Source: a virus (lineage: Duplodnaviria; Caudoviricetes). From it: 64,000 nucleotides of DNA. Below, one piece after another: positions 23,915 through 34,938 of this stretch. The translations under genes and the position numbers were made by a program. The notes beneath the pieces were generated by a model. That model was not told where the DNA came from and ran no database searches. It saw only the letters and a program-made list of their open reading frames with translations. The DNA is taken from IMG/VR virus record IMGVR_UViG_3300031998_000028, positions 32,001-96,000 of that record. The stretch is one strand, 5' to 3'. Position 1 is the stretch's first letter. The number at the start of each line of letters is the position of its first letter.

Positions 23915-24880
23915 ATGTATATATTTTTTTCTATTTTGATATTTATTATAGGTATAATATTTTTTATTATTGGTATCAAAAAGTAGAGTCAAGACCTAAT
24001 AAAACTTGAAAAAACTAAAAGTGAATATTTAGAAAATCGTATTAAAGATACCATAAAACGTTGTAATGATTTAGAGCAATTACATAAATAGTTAGAACTA
24101 TAGCGCGATGCCACATTACGAGAATAGCTAATTGAGAAGTAGCATTTAGAAGATCTCCGTAAGCATAGTCATGAGTTACTCTTATCTGAACGAGAACGTA
24201 TTGATACAGAGATAAAAATGACACGCCACCAAAAAATGGAAGAACTCCGAAAGGAATATGATAATTAGCGAGTCCTTTTAGAGCATAATTTTCTTTAGCG
24301 TCGTGATGATATTAATAAATAGCTTGAGACTTGTTAGAATGAATTAAAGGCATTTTAGGATATTTAGGCTTCTATTAATGAAGCCGCGCGCCGTAAGCGT
24401 GAGATAGAAGAACAAGAATCATTCTATTCTATTGATGTTTCTGAAAATGATAGAGAGGATATCTCTGTACTTTAGTCTATGGATACTCGACTACATAATA
24501 GAGATGTAATACCTAAGCTCATATGGGAATTATTTATACGGCGCCCGACCCAAGAGATGATTAAACGCGTGGTTGGTAATGAAAAGGCGAGCGGTATTTA
24601 TAAAATTACCTATAAGAATACAGGAGAAGCGTACATTGGTAAGACGACAGATTTTGCAACTCGATGGCAGAATCATATCAAGACCGCTATTGGACTTGAA
24701 GGAGCTGCGAGAGCTACACTTCATAATCGTATGGCAAAAGATGGTATCTGGAATTACACTTTTGAAATATTAGAACGAGTAGATAAAGAGTCTCTCGCAT
24801 CACGAGAGTCTTATTATATTAATCTATATGGAACAAAATCACAACTCAATATGAAAGAAGGGAATAAAAATGGAACTTAG
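23915..24880 (+). CDS. TM + coiled-coil + GIY-YIG nuclease protein; code 15
   Basis: GGAGG RBS; hydrophobic N-terminus; about 12 TAGs in the coiled coil; SGIYKIT..YIGK..RW..H. Confidence 0.8.
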
Positions 24881-25916
24881 TAAACTTCAACAACAAATAG
24901 TAAATGCAACAGAAGATAAAATCGTTGTATTAGCGGCGGCCGCAGCAGGCAAAACTGCAGTCCTGACTGAGCGGGCGCGCAAGCTTCTACGTGATGGCGT
25001 AAATCCATCTGATATAGCTGTAATTACTTTTACAAATCTAGCAGCACAAGAACTTCGTGACCGTTTGGCGGATGATTATAAAGATGGAATATACATAGGA
25101 ACAATTCATGGCTTAGCTAATAAATTTCTTGTAACGCATGGTATTAGTACAGGTAAACTCATTGAAGATGAAAAATTTGATGAATTTTTTAGCCTTTTGC
25201 AACAGAATCCAACTTGTGTGAGACATATACCAATTATTTTATTAGACGAGGCACAGGATTCATCTTGGGAAGAATTTAATTTTATCTTTAATATGATACA
25301 ACCAGACCAATTCTTTGTATGTGGTGATATACGACAAAGTATTTATGGTTTTCGTGGCGCGCAACCTCAGCTTTTAATGGAATTGGCGGAGGATTCTGGC
25401 GCAACGCTTTACGATTTAAATGAAAATTATCGTAATGGCGCTAATATTTTATCATATGCAAAACGTATACTCGCGCGCGATGGCATGAAAGATTCTTCAA
25501 TAGCAATGCGCCAAGGCGGTACTGTATACGAAGGCCCATGCGATGTAGAAAATATTGTTAAATGGATAGAGAAACATGGCACTTTTAAAGATTGGGCAAT
25601 TCTTTGTTCAACTAATGATGAAATTAAATGGCTTATGGGAAAATTAGAAGAATATAGTATTCCAACCGTTACTTTTAAGCAAGGTAAAATGACAAAAAAA
25701 CAGCTGGAAACCGCGATGAAAGACAATGTTGTAAAGGTCTTAACACGGCATTCAGCCAAAGGGTTAGAATTTCCGTATGTAATTGTTTATAATCCTAGTT
25801 GGTGGGGTAACGAAGCAAGACGTGTTAATTATGTCGCTGCGACGCGCGCACGCGATGTATTGATGTGGCTTGAAACACCAAAAAAAGGGAAGAAAAAGTT
25901 TTTTGGCACAGACTAA
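24870..25916 (+). CDS. Compact UvrD/Rep SF1 helicase
   Basis: AAAAAGKT, ITFTN.AA, DEAQD, GD.RQSIYGFRGA, ENYR, H.AKGLEF and YVAATRAR. No TAG. Confidence 0.9.
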   Translation: MELSKLQQQIVNATEDKIVVLAAAAAGKTAVLTERARKLLRDGVNPSDIAVITFTNLAAQELRDRLADDYKDGIYIGTIHGLANKFLVTHGISTGKLIEDEKFDEFFSLLQQNPTCVRHIPIILLDEAQDSSWEEFNFIFNMIQPDQFFVCGDIRQSIYGFRGAQPQLLMELAEDSGATLYDLNENYRNGANILSYAKRILARDGMKDSSIAMRQGGTVYEGPCDVENIVKWIEKHGTFKDWAILCSTNDEIKWLMGKLEEYSIPTVTFKQGKMTKKQLETAMKDNVVKVLTRHSAKGLEFPYVIVYNPSWWGNEARRVNYVAATRARDVLMWLETPKKGKKKFFGTD

Positions 25917-25936
25917 GCTGTGCCAAAATTTTTTTA
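25901..25936. terminator. Bidirectional terminator between convergent helicase and endolysin genes
   Basis: TTTTGGCACAG-ACTAAG-CTGTGCCAAAA inverted repeat. Confidence 0.6.
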
Positions 25937-27442
25937 TTTATTAGGCAGTTTAAGTACATCACCAGGATGGATAGTAGATGTAACTTTTAAACCGTTAAGT
26001 TTTGCAATTTCCGCAAATCTTAAACCATTTCCAAGTTCTTTTGCTGCAATTTTCCAAAAACTATCGTCAGGCTGAACTATATAGGTTCTTTCTGTGGTAG
26101 GAGTGGTTGTCGTTGGCGTTTCCGGTTCGGCCGGCGCGCTAGCTGTGCCTTCGATATAGAGGTCTGACGCCTTAAATGGACTCATAATTGTCATTGTGCC
26201 ATTTGCATTTTTATTTAATACTACTCTATCACCACTTACACTTAATACAATCCAAATATCATTAATAACAAAATCTGGGACTTTCGTGGAAGTATTATAA
26301 TATGTGGCGCCTTCTTTAACTCGAACTTTATCTCCTTTTTGGAGTGAAGTTGGGGTTATTTGGACTGGAGGTTGCGTGGGAGTAGTTGTAGTTGGTTGAG
26401 TAGAAGTTCCAACTACTACACTCCACTTTGGACGACCAAATCCAGCAATTATTTTATTACCTTTTTTATAGGTAATACGCATTACCTAATCGCTAGCATT
26501 ACCTTCGATAGTTGTAAGAGAAGTCCAGTTTTTGCCTGAACCAGTGACACTTTCAACAATACCTGTGTGGTTTATATCGCCACCATAGTAAAAGAAAATC
26601 TAATCTCCTACTTCGGGGTAATTATAGAAAGCACCATTGTTTCTGTAATATGCTGCGCTTGTTTTACATAATGCTGAGGCGCGGCCGACTGTTTGGTATG
26701 TCATGGAGGCACCCTATTGCATTGTAAAAGCATGAGTAAAGCAATAATCTACAAAAACATCACACCAAGGTTGATGTTGAAGTTCCCAACCATAAAATTG
26801 GTTATCCCAACTATCTTCAGCGTATTTGATATAATTATTATAACCCTCTTTATATCCAAGTTCTGCGCGTGCTACTTTTAATAATCTTTCTTTTGCTTGG
26901 TCAACAGAAGAAATAGTTGTGCTTTCTGTATTAGTGGGCGCGTCTTTGAAATTCTTATAATGCTTTAAAGCATAATTATAACGAGTAGAAAGATTTTTAA
27001 CTGCTGGATTTTCCCATTGGTTCAATAAAAGTGAGGTCAAGTCATATAGATTATTACTTGTCTTCAACTTTTTCCAAATAGATGGGAAATCTTCTTTTAG
27101 TTCTTTAATTAAAAAAGAAGTTTGTAACTTAACATCACCTATAGATTGGTTCTTAGATTTTGAGAAATTTAGTAACTTTTGTTTTCTTGTATAGTAAGTC
27201 CATTGTGCAAGTCCATAACCTGCGTTGTCTCTTACAAAATTAGTATATGTGCCATTATCTACAGCTTTTGTATATTCTGCATCAGACATTTTTAAAGAAG
27301 TATTATAAGAGTCTTGAAGGTTGTTTGCAACAAATCCGCTTTCAGCTTCTATATTGCCAAGCAAAGCGCAGGCACCTTCAATAGTAGTCCCGTTTTTAAT
27401 AAAACGGTTATATAAATATTTAATTGTCTCCTAAGGTGTCAT
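25934..27442 (-). CDS. Endolysin: phage-tail-lysozyme domain + CHAP-like domain + cell-wall-binding domain + LysM; code 15
   Basis: GNIEAESG..GYGLAQWT; QPWCD..PEVGD*IFF..HTGIV..TIEGN; C-terminal LysM YIVQPDDSFWKIA. TAGs at 27431, 26714, 26600 and 26486; 502 aa. Confidence 0.88.
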
Positions 27443-27719
27443 CTATTGAATATTCCTCCTCCGCTGCGCGTTGTAATTCCATTAATTCTTTTTGTGATTG
27501 TTCATATTTTTGCTGCAGCTCTTGTTCACGAGCGCGTGTCTTTGCAGTTTTTATCCATCCCATAAAACCGCATTCTCCAGTTACAGCTACAAAGAAGCAG
27601 GTACATAATGTATCTGGTATTCCACCAGTTATCATATATGTCCAATACATTAATCCAGTAAAAATAATTACTGTAATATATAAAAGAATCAGAATAAAAT
27701 CCATCGTTTTCTTTGCCAT
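27420..27719 (-). CDS. Holin-like two-TM protein
   Basis: Two hydrophobic segments and a charged tail; overlaps the endolysin start. Confidence 0.65.
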   Translation of the reverse strand: MAKKTMDFILILLYITVIIFTGLMYWTYMITGGIPDTLCTCFFVAVTGECGFMGWIKTAKTRAREQELQQKYEQSQKELMELQRAAEEEYSIDDTLGDN

Positions 27720-27779
27720 TGTATATTCCTCCATATATATAAGTAGAGAAAATTAGACAAAAATATAAAAAGCAGGAGA

Positions 27780-28304
27780 TTACTCCTGCGATAGTATATT
27801 ATAAAATTCTTGGGATTTCATATCTAAGTCATCTAAATTTGAATCGTTATTTATAATATAATCATATGTATAATTTTCTACATCATCATCTGCATGATTG
27901 CCATAATTTTCTTGACCCGACCGCCGTATAAGTAATGAATATGTTTTAAATGGTAGTTTTTCATATAAGCGTTTTATTTCTTTTGGTTCTCGACAATGGA
28001 TAAAAACATATCCAAAATCTTCTACGCCGTAGCGTTCTAATTCTAAGTAAAAACTTGTTGTACGTTTTGTCACATCTTGAAAAGGTATATCACCCCAATA
28101 TGTTGCCATATCTTTAAGGTCAGAGAGATATTTACGACTTAGATTACCTTTTTCACCGTTCCACCCTAAAGTTTTTGCTATTTCTTTTATTTTATCAACT
28201 GTTGAAATATTTAATACATATTTTTCACCCGCGTGAGAAGTAAAATACTATACAAAAGTATCCTTGCCGCAGCCACCTTTACCATTAATTATTATTACTT
28301 TCAT
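27780..28304 (-). CDS. P-loop (deoxy)nucleoside monophosphate kinase; code 15
   Basis: MKVIIINGKGGCGKDTFV* then ..CREPKE..YDYIINND; TAG at 28248-28250. Confidence 0.8.
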
Positions 28305-28699
28305 TTACTATAATACTCCTTATATAGTTGAGGAATTTCTTCAAGTTTTATTTCATTTTTTTCTGCAATTTCTTTTATAAGCTGGGCGCGCTCTTCCTTT
28401 GAACAGATATGTACCTTATCAGTTCCAAATAGTGCTATAACTTCATATGGTATTGTACGCAAGGCGCGCTCTTTATAACGAAATTTCCAATATTTCCAAA
28501 GACTGGGTACATACCCATATACTTTACATTTCTTTACAAAATTTGCAGCCAATGTGCAGATTCTGAAAAAGAAAAGGTCTTCAATATTATTTGGGTCAAG
28601 GTCGCCAAGTACAAAATAGTCATATTTACGTTGTGCAGTTGTAACACATATTAATAGACTATGAACAAATTTATCCCAACGTGCGGTATGTTTATTCAT
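28301..28699 (-). CDS. Hypothetical protein
   Basis: 132-aa ORF with RBS, overlapping its neighbours. Confidence 0.65.
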   Translation of the reverse strand: MNKHTARWDKFVHSLLICVTTAQRKYDYFVLGDLDPNNIEDLFFFRICTLAANFVKKCKVYGYVPSLWKYWKFRYKERALRTIPYEVIALFGTDKVHICSKEERAQLIKEIAEKNEIKLEEIPQLYKEYYSK

Positions 28700-28844
28700 T
28701 ATGGGATTCCTCCTTTTCTTCTTTTTCTAATTGTTCTTCGTCTTTAAAAATAGCCAAAAGTACAATTAACATCCCAATAACTGTACCGGCCGCGCCAATC
28801 ATAAGAATGGCTAATATGGTTAAAAAAATATACAATGCAATCAT
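28692..28844 (-). CDS. Small membrane protein
   Basis: 50 aa with a hydrophobic N-terminus; RBS and sigma70-type promoter upstream. Confidence 0.55.
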   Translation of the reverse strand: MIALYIFLTILAILMIGAAGTVIGMLIVLLAIFKDEEQLEKEEKEESHNE

Positions 28845-29058
28845 TTTACCTCTCCCTTTCTATCCAATTCTATATTTATATTATATCACAAAATTTTAAA
28901 AAAGTCAAATCTCTTACCTTATTAAAAACGCGCGCAGGCGCACGCGTGATTATAATATAAATTTTAAAAATTTTCAAGTTTTAATTAAAAGAAAAAAATT
29001 TGAAATTTTTTCAAAAAAGTGGTATAATAAATATAGAATAAGAAAGGAGTATTATAAA

Positions 29059-29271
29059 ATGGACAATTACACAGAAAGTATTACATTTTCCTATGAAGTA
29101 AAAGGTGATGCTAAAACTGAGCATGAAATGTATTTATCATACAGTTTTCCAGGCGGAATGAGCGTAGCTGCTTTCCATCGAGCCTGTAAGCGTTTTGGAT
29201 ATGCTTTGGGTTTTGCGCAACAAAATATTGAGGAATATTTTGGTGAAGATTCATATGATGATTGGGAGTGA
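29059..29271 (+). CDS. Hypothetical protein
   Basis: Promoter and AAGGAG RBS upstream. Confidence 0.6.
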   Translation: MDNYTESITFSYEVKGDAKTEHEMYLSYSFPGGMSVAAFHRACKRFGYALGFAQQNIEEYFGEDSYDDWE

Positions 29272-29276
29272 GAAAA

Positions 29277-30086
29277 ATGAATTTTCTTGTGCGTGGAGAT
29301 ACGCACGGGCGCTTTACATGGATAGACCAGCTCGGTAATTATATTCCTCGAGAAACATCTATTATAATTCTTGGCGACGCAGGTTTTAATTTTTATCTCA
29401 ATAAAAGTGATAATAAATTAAAGCACTGGGTAAATCAGCGTGGATATATTATTTATTGCCTACGTGGTAATCACGAGGCGCGGCCGCGTGATGTATCCGG
29501 AATGATTATGTGGTATGATAATACTATTAAAGGTAACGTATATATTCAACTTGAGTATCCAAATATTCGTTATCTTTTGGATTGTGGCATATATCAATTT
29601 GGTAAGTATAGATGTCTTTGTATTGGTGGTGCATATAGCGTTGATAAATATTATCGACTCGCGCGCTTTGGATATACAGATGAAACAAATGTCCCTACCA
29701 AAAGTGGTTGGTTTAATGATGAACAGCTTGCCAGATATGAGATGACTCAATATGAGGCGCTTATTAGAGGTCAAAAAGTAGATTTTGTATTTACTCATAC
29801 TTGTCCTTTAAGCTTCCAGCCAACTGACCTCTTTCTTGGCTTTGTAGACCAAACAAAAGTAGATAATACAATGGAAGTTTGGATGGAAAGCTTTAAAGAT
29901 AGGTTTGATTGGAATGTTTGGTGTTTTGGTCATTATCATGCTGACCGCATTGAGCGCCCGCACGTAGAACAGTATTTTAATGACATTGAAGAACTAGATG
30001 CTATTTATGAACGTTGGGAAAGATATAATAAAACTGGCGAGTTAGATTGGTGGTTAAATAAAAGTCCCAATTTTTATATGAGGTAA
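29277..30086 (+). CDS. Calcineurin-like metallophosphoesterase
   Basis: GDTHG, LGD, RGNHE, THTCP and FGHYH motifs. Confidence 0.88.
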   Translation: MNFLVRGDTHGRFTWIDQLGNYIPRETSIIILGDAGFNFYLNKSDNKLKHWVNQRGYIIYCLRGNHEARPRDVSGMIMWYDNTIKGNVYIQLEYPNIRYLLDCGIYQFGKYRCLCIGGAYSVDKYYRLARFGYTDETNVPTKSGWFNDEQLARYEMTQYEALIRGQKVDFVFTHTCPLSFQPTDLFLGFVDQTKVDNTMEVWMESFKDRFDWNVWCFGHYHADRIERPHVEQYFNDIEELDAIYERWERYNKTGELDWWLNKSPNFYMR

Positions 30087-30090
30087 GTCT

Positions 30091-30450
30091 ATGGAAGGAA
30101 TCACTATTTTAGCACAAAAAACAATAGACATAACTATAGGTTATACGTGGGGTTTTACTGGTTTTAGTGTTCTAGGTATTGCTTTGTTAGTTATAGGAAT
30201 ATTATGTATTACTATTATGATATGTGAGAAAGACATTGATGGATTCATGTTAATAATGAGTATTATAGTAATCTGCCTAGGAACATTAACTTTTAGACTA
30301 TCACCTATTAAGGAAGATGTCACTGAATATAAAGTTTTAATTAGCGACAATATAAGTTTTAATGAATTTTATGAAAAATATGTTGTTGAGAATAAAGAAG
30401 GAGAAATTTATACTATTCGCGAAAAGACCACAGTGGAAAAAGGTGAGTGA
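30091..30450 (+). CDS. Two-TM membrane protein
   Basis: Two hydrophobic segments; GAGG RBS. Confidence 0.6.
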   Translation: MEGITILAQKTIDITIGYTWGFTGFSVLGIALLVIGILCITIMICEKDIDGFMLIMSIIVICLGTLTFRLSPIKEDVTEYKVLISDNISFNEFYEKYVVENKEGEIYTIREKTTVEKGE

Positions 30451-30456
30451 AATGTA

Positions 30457-31764
30457 ATGAATAAATATTTAGTAACAACTTTATTTTTAGATAATACAAA
30501 AAGCGTACCAAAATCGGTAACGAAAACATATGATTATATAATAGAGGATTCACTCTTTAGTCAAATCGAAGTTGGCCCATCCGCTGGAAGTGACAGAACG
30601 ACAATATATTTAACCAGTTATAATATACAAAATACTGATGGCTATGATTATCGTGGCTCTAAAGTTGTTTTCTTAGCGGTTAAGCCATACAAGCCAGAAA
30701 AAGGTGACAATTTAATAGCTCTTAAACGTATTTCAAAAATTACAAATAAAGAAGAGATTGTTTGTTTAACATCACATTATAATAAAGAATTATTGCCAAT
30801 TATAAATGAGAAAAATAAAAATGGTTGGTATACATCAAAAACTAGTTTGTTAATGGGGGTTTTATTGAATGCGGTAGGTGATAATGTGACAACAAATGAT
30901 ATAACAGCAGATAAACTTAGTAGTTCCAATTGCTGTTATACTTCTAGTACAAGTGGTACTATTTCCGGTTCTTGGATTAATACAGGTACTAGTACAGGAG
31001 ACGTATTAAAATATAATAATAATTGGATAACTACAACTCCATATACTACAAACGATTGGACAGTTACTCTTGGTAATTATCCAGCTCAATCAGAGATAGA
31101 TGAAATTAAAAAGCGTCTTGATAAATTAGAAAATAAAAATAAAAAGGAGAATAAAAAAATGTTTGATAGTCTTACAAAGAACTTGAAATGCGGCCGCGCG
31201 CAGGACGTACGTATGTCAATTTATGGTCCTGCTTTTAAAGGAGAGGATGGTAGCTGGTACTCTGTTGATATTGATGGTGAAATGACTGATGTATCCGACT
31301 TACTATTTGATATAGATAGCTATTGCTATATGATGCCCGCACCTAAGAGTGCAATTGTTGAAGGAGATTTTATTCTCCATAATGGACATTGGGTAAAAGT
31401 TATTGAATATGGTAATGGTTGTGTTATGAACGCGGTGGACACTTTCAATAAGCAGTTTATTGTACCTACTGTTACAAAGTCTCCATTTGGTTTTGAGTTC
31501 TACACCAAACTCGTTCAGCTTCTTGATTTCTCTAAAATGCCAATTAGTGCAGAAAACCCATTTGGTATGCTTCCTATGATGTTCATGTTGAATAACAAGA
31601 ATGAAAAGGATATGCTTCCTATGCTGATGATGATGGGTACGCAGAATGGCGGTCTTAATTTTGATATGTCAAATCCTTTGATGATGTATCTTATGATGAA
31701 AGATGGGGATAATTCTAATCTGTTGCCCTTTTTGATGATGGGACAGATGCAAAAAAGTGAGTAA
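30457..31764 (+). CDS. Hypothetical protein with Met-rich C-terminal repeats
   Basis: 435-aa ORF; internal RBS + ATG at 31159. Confidence 0.7.
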   Translation: MNKYLVTTLFLDNTKSVPKSVTKTYDYIIEDSLFSQIEVGPSAGSDRTTIYLTSYNIQNTDGYDYRGSKVVFLAVKPYKPEKGDNLIALKRISKITNKEEIVCLTSHYNKELLPIINEKNKNGWYTSKTSLLMGVLLNAVGDNVTTNDITADKLSSSNCCYTSSTSGTISGSWINTGTSTGDVLKYNNNWITTTPYTTNDWTVTLGNYPAQSEIDEIKKRLDKLENKNKKENKKMFDSLTKNLKCGRAQDVRMSIYGPAFKGEDGSWYSVDIDGEMTDVSDLLFDIDSYCYMMPAPKSAIVEGDFILHNGHWVKVIEYGNGCVMNAVDTFNKQFIVPTVTKSPFGFEFYTKLVQLLDFSKMPISAENPFGMLPMMFMLNNKNEKDMLPMLMMMGTQNGGLNFDMSNPLMMYLMMKDGDNSNLLPFLMMGQMQKSE

Positions 31765-31765
31765 T

Positions 31766-31822
31766 ATACCCGATAAGGTATAAAAAAATATTTAAAAAAT
31801 TTTTTATACCCAATCGGGTATA
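31766..31822. repeat. Long imperfect inverted repeat
   Basis: ATACCCGAT..GGTATAAAAAA / TTTTTTATACC..ATCGGGTAT. Confidence 0.6.
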
Positions 31823-31836
31823 AAATTGGAGGTTTT

Positions 31837-32346
31837 ATGAAAGCATATCTTGCAGGTTCTATCTTCTATTATGGGGACGAGCTAAGAAATACTGTATGGG
31901 CCGCAAAATTGCGTGAAGCTTTTCCAGAAATGGATTTGTATAGCCCTATTGAGAATACAGATATAAACGGGCGCGAGGGCAAGAAGAAGTTTGGTAGCCC
32001 CGCAGACATCGCGCGCGCCGATAATGAAAGGCTTGATAAGTCTGATATTTTGATTGCGTGCATTGATGGTGATGTGCTTCCCAGCGGCACATGCGCGGAA
32101 ATCGGCAAATTCCATGAAAAAATTGCCAATGGTGATAATAAGTTGTTGGTTGGTATTTGTACCGATAATCGCCAATGCTGCTTGACCTATAGCGAAGCAA
32201 AAGATTTGGGCGGCCGCGATATTGGTGCACAGCAATACAGTTATCAAAATATTTATGTAACTGGTCTTATCAAAGAAGTAGGGTATTTGGTTACAAATAT
32301 AGATGAAGCAATTGAAAAAATCTTTAGATGGTTAAATGGTGAGTAA
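31837..32346 (+). CDS. Nucleoside 2-deoxyribosyltransferase family
   Basis: YLAG..YSP..D...LDKSD..D..PSGT.AEIG motifs. Confidence 0.82.
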   Translation: MKAYLAGSIFYYGDELRNTVWAAKLREAFPEMDLYSPIENTDINGREGKKKFGSPADIARADNERLDKSDILIACIDGDVLPSGTCAEIGKFHEKIANGDNKLLVGICTDNRQCCLTYSEAKDLGGRDIGAQQYSYQNIYVTGLIKEVGYLVTNIDEAIEKIFRWLNGE

Positions 32347-33576
32347 ATGATTTATAAAGTAGATGATAAAGTTCCTTTTGGTAAACTTTTGTTATTTGGA
32401 CTACAAATAATGCTTAGTTGTTTTACAGCAACGGCATTAATCGCATAGATATGCGGCGTGCCGCTATCTGGCGCATTTTTAGGGGCAGGTTTTGCGACTG
32501 TTTTATATGCAACGCTAACTCATTTTCGTTCTCCTATGTTTATATCTAATAGTGGTGCTTTTGTTGCGCCAGTTCTTGCGGCCTTGGCGGCCGGAGGGTA
32601 TACTGCAGTTGCAGTAGGTGGTGTAACAGCCTGCTTGGTATATTGTATCTTTGGTATCATTTTCAGTCGTATTGGCGTTGATAAACTATATAAGTTTATG
32701 CCAAGGGTTTTGATAGGTAGTATTACTGTTGTAATTGGTATAAATCTTATGGGATTTATTACTGGTTATATTGGTGACACAGGGAATCTTGGAGTAGTAA
32801 TTGCTTTTATTACTGTTGCGGCAATTGCGCTTTCCAGCCATTATCTTAAAGGTACGCTTTCATTGTTCCCATTCTTAATAGGAACTCTTGTCGGTTATGT
32901 TGTGTCCATTCCATTTGGTCTTGTAGATTTTTCAAAATTTCAAGGCATTGGACTTTTTAATATTCCTGATTTAGCCTGTGCGCACTGGACTGTGGTTAGC
33001 TTTAAGAGTTTAATCCCTGTTATTGTACTTTATATTGCTTTTACAATTAGCGCAATTTGTGAATGTTTAAGTGACCATGCAGTACTTGGAAATATTATTG
33101 GTGAAGATTTATATAAAAATCCCGGCCTTTCAAGTATTTTCGTTGGCGAAGGAATCGCAAATTTGTCTACTGCATTTTTTGGCGGCCTGGGCGCATGTAG
33201 CTACGGAGAAGGCGTGGGCGCAGTTGGATTCAGTAAGTGTGCATCTGTTACAGCTACCTTGATGGCAGCTTTGATGATGATGGCACTTGCATTTCTTGAG
33301 CCAGTGCAAGCCTTTATAAGTTCGATTCCATCTTGTGTTATTGGCGGCGGTACAGCTTGTTTACTGTATGGTTTTATAAGTGCAAGTGGTATTAAAACCT
33401 TAAAGAATGTTGATTTGGATAATCAAAAGAATCTTATTATTTGTTCTGTAGTATTGGCACTCGGTATTAGCGGTATTGTAATTGGTAATGAAGTATTTAG
33501 TCTAAGCGGTACTGCTTTAGCTCTTGTGGCTGGTATTATTTTGAATCTTGTATTAAAGGAGAAGACAAATGCTTAA
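32347..33576 (+). CDS. NCS2 uracil/xanthine permease (UraA-like); code 15
   Basis: MIYKVDDK..GLQ; TAG at 32446; SGAF, signature-like SYGE and SSIP..VIGG motifs; many TM segments. Confidence 0.85.
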
Positions 33577-33775
33577 ATTAAAAGTAACAGAAGAATGGCG
33601 TTGTGAGGACAAGAATGAGGCCGAAGCTTTTATTAAGGCAGCGCGCGAAGATAAAGGATATACTGTTATAAAGGCCGGTTATACCCATAAGGAGAAAAAG
33701 GCGAAGGGTGAGATTGTAGACGAATGTGAGGTTGTTTCTATTACGAAGCAGTATGCAACAGTATGGAATCTGTAA
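33569..33775 (+). CDS. Hypothetical protein
   Basis: 68-aa ORF with AAGGAG RBS. Confidence 0.6.
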   Translation: MLKLKVTEEWRCEDKNEAEAFIKAAREDKGYTVIKAGYTHKEKKAKGEIVDECEVVSITKQYATVWNL

Positions 33776-34212
33776 ATTTGCATACACGTATTAAGCCACC
33801 TACATATTTTCTTTAGAACCCCGAAGATTGTAAGTATTATAAAAATGCGGATTGTCTCGGCGCTCGAGTTATTTCTAAGTGTGCGCCGGACGATTGCAAG
33901 GATTTTTTAAATGCGAATTTGCCGCAAGTAATTACGCTTTGCGGCTCCACGCGTTTCAAGGAATAGTTTTTTGAAGCTGCACGTGATTTAACTCTCCAAG
34001 GATGGATAGTACTAATGCCTTTAGTATTTGGTCATTCTGGCGATACTATAACAGATGAAGAAAAATCAAAACTCGACGAATTACATCTTGAAAAAATTAG
34101 ATTATCAAATGCAGTTTTTGTACTTAATATAGGAGGATATATCGGCGATTCTACGCGGAAGGAAATGGAATTTGCATAGGCGCGCGATATCCCAATTTAT
34201 TTGTATGAATGA
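33763..34212 (+). CDS. Deoxyribosyltransferase-like (DUF4406-type) protein; code 15
   Basis: ITLCGSTRFKE*..HLEKI..VLNIGGYIGDST..E..A*; three TAGs. Confidence 0.72.
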
Positions 34213-34531
34213 AGATTATTTGGAGTTTAGTTTATTAGATGTGGATGATGAAAGTTTCTTAAAAGAAGAGGAAGAAATCATTTGTCGACATTGTAAATTA
34301 ATTTCATATGTTGAATTTAATGCGCCAGAAGAAAAAGAAGTTGTAGATTTTTCAAATTATAGCTTTGAGACAAATGAAGGCTTTGTGCTATGGAGCTGTT
34401 TTTATAGTGAAGATGGCATTGATGAAATGACTATAAATAGTGATTGCATGGTTAGTCGTACTCCTCTTGAAGATGGCACATTTGAATTTTATTGGTGGCC
34501 CGCAGGTACTATTACTTTTTTTGGAGATTGA
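34205..34531 (+). CDS. Acidic hypothetical protein
   Basis: ATG overlaps the upstream stop; 108 aa. Confidence 0.55.
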   Translation: MNEDYLEFSLLDVDDESFLKEEEEIICRHCKLISYVEFNAPEEKEVVDFSNYSFETNEGFVLWSCFYSEDGIDEMTINSDCMVSRTPLEDGTFEFYWWPAGTITFFGD

Positions 34532-34533
34532 TT

Positions 34534-34863
34534 ATGAATTATATGTAGTTAGCCGCATTAATTTGTGCAGTTTTAGCGATTGCTATTCCTTTTGGAGTAA
34601 AATTTTATAAAACAAGTCAAGCTCTCGTAAGAGAGAAAAATTGGCCTCGTCTAGTTGAGGCAGTAAGTCATTATATGATGCAAGCTGAAACCTTGTTTGA
34701 AGTTGGCGCAGATAAAAAAGCATGGGTTTTAACTATGATTTAGACTACTGCTGATGAAATAGATTATGACTTGACAGAGCAAGATATGAAAAACCTTAGT
34801 GATTTAATTGATAGTTTGTGTGAAATGTCTAAGGTTGTAAATGTTGAAGAGGCCGCTGAGTAA
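34534..34863 (+). CDS. Holin-like protein (LL-H type); code 15
   Basis: N-terminal TM then AE....GA.KK..V pattern; TAG at codon 5 and a second later. Confidence 0.62.
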
Positions 34864-34878
34864 TTAGCGGTCTCATTT

Positions 34879-34907
34879 TTGACTTTTTTTAAAATTTATG
34901 ATATAAT
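34879..34907 (+). promoter_or_regulatory. sigma70/sigmaA-type promoter, representative of 20 or more in the window
   Basis: TTGACT-17-(TG)-TATAAT followed by an A/T-rich ..TAGAAA. The same pattern is at 35166, 37848, 43065, 44762 and on the minus strand throughout 58.8-64 kb. Confidence 0.8.
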
Positions 34908-34938
34908 TATATTAGAAAATGAGATAGGAGGTAATCAT

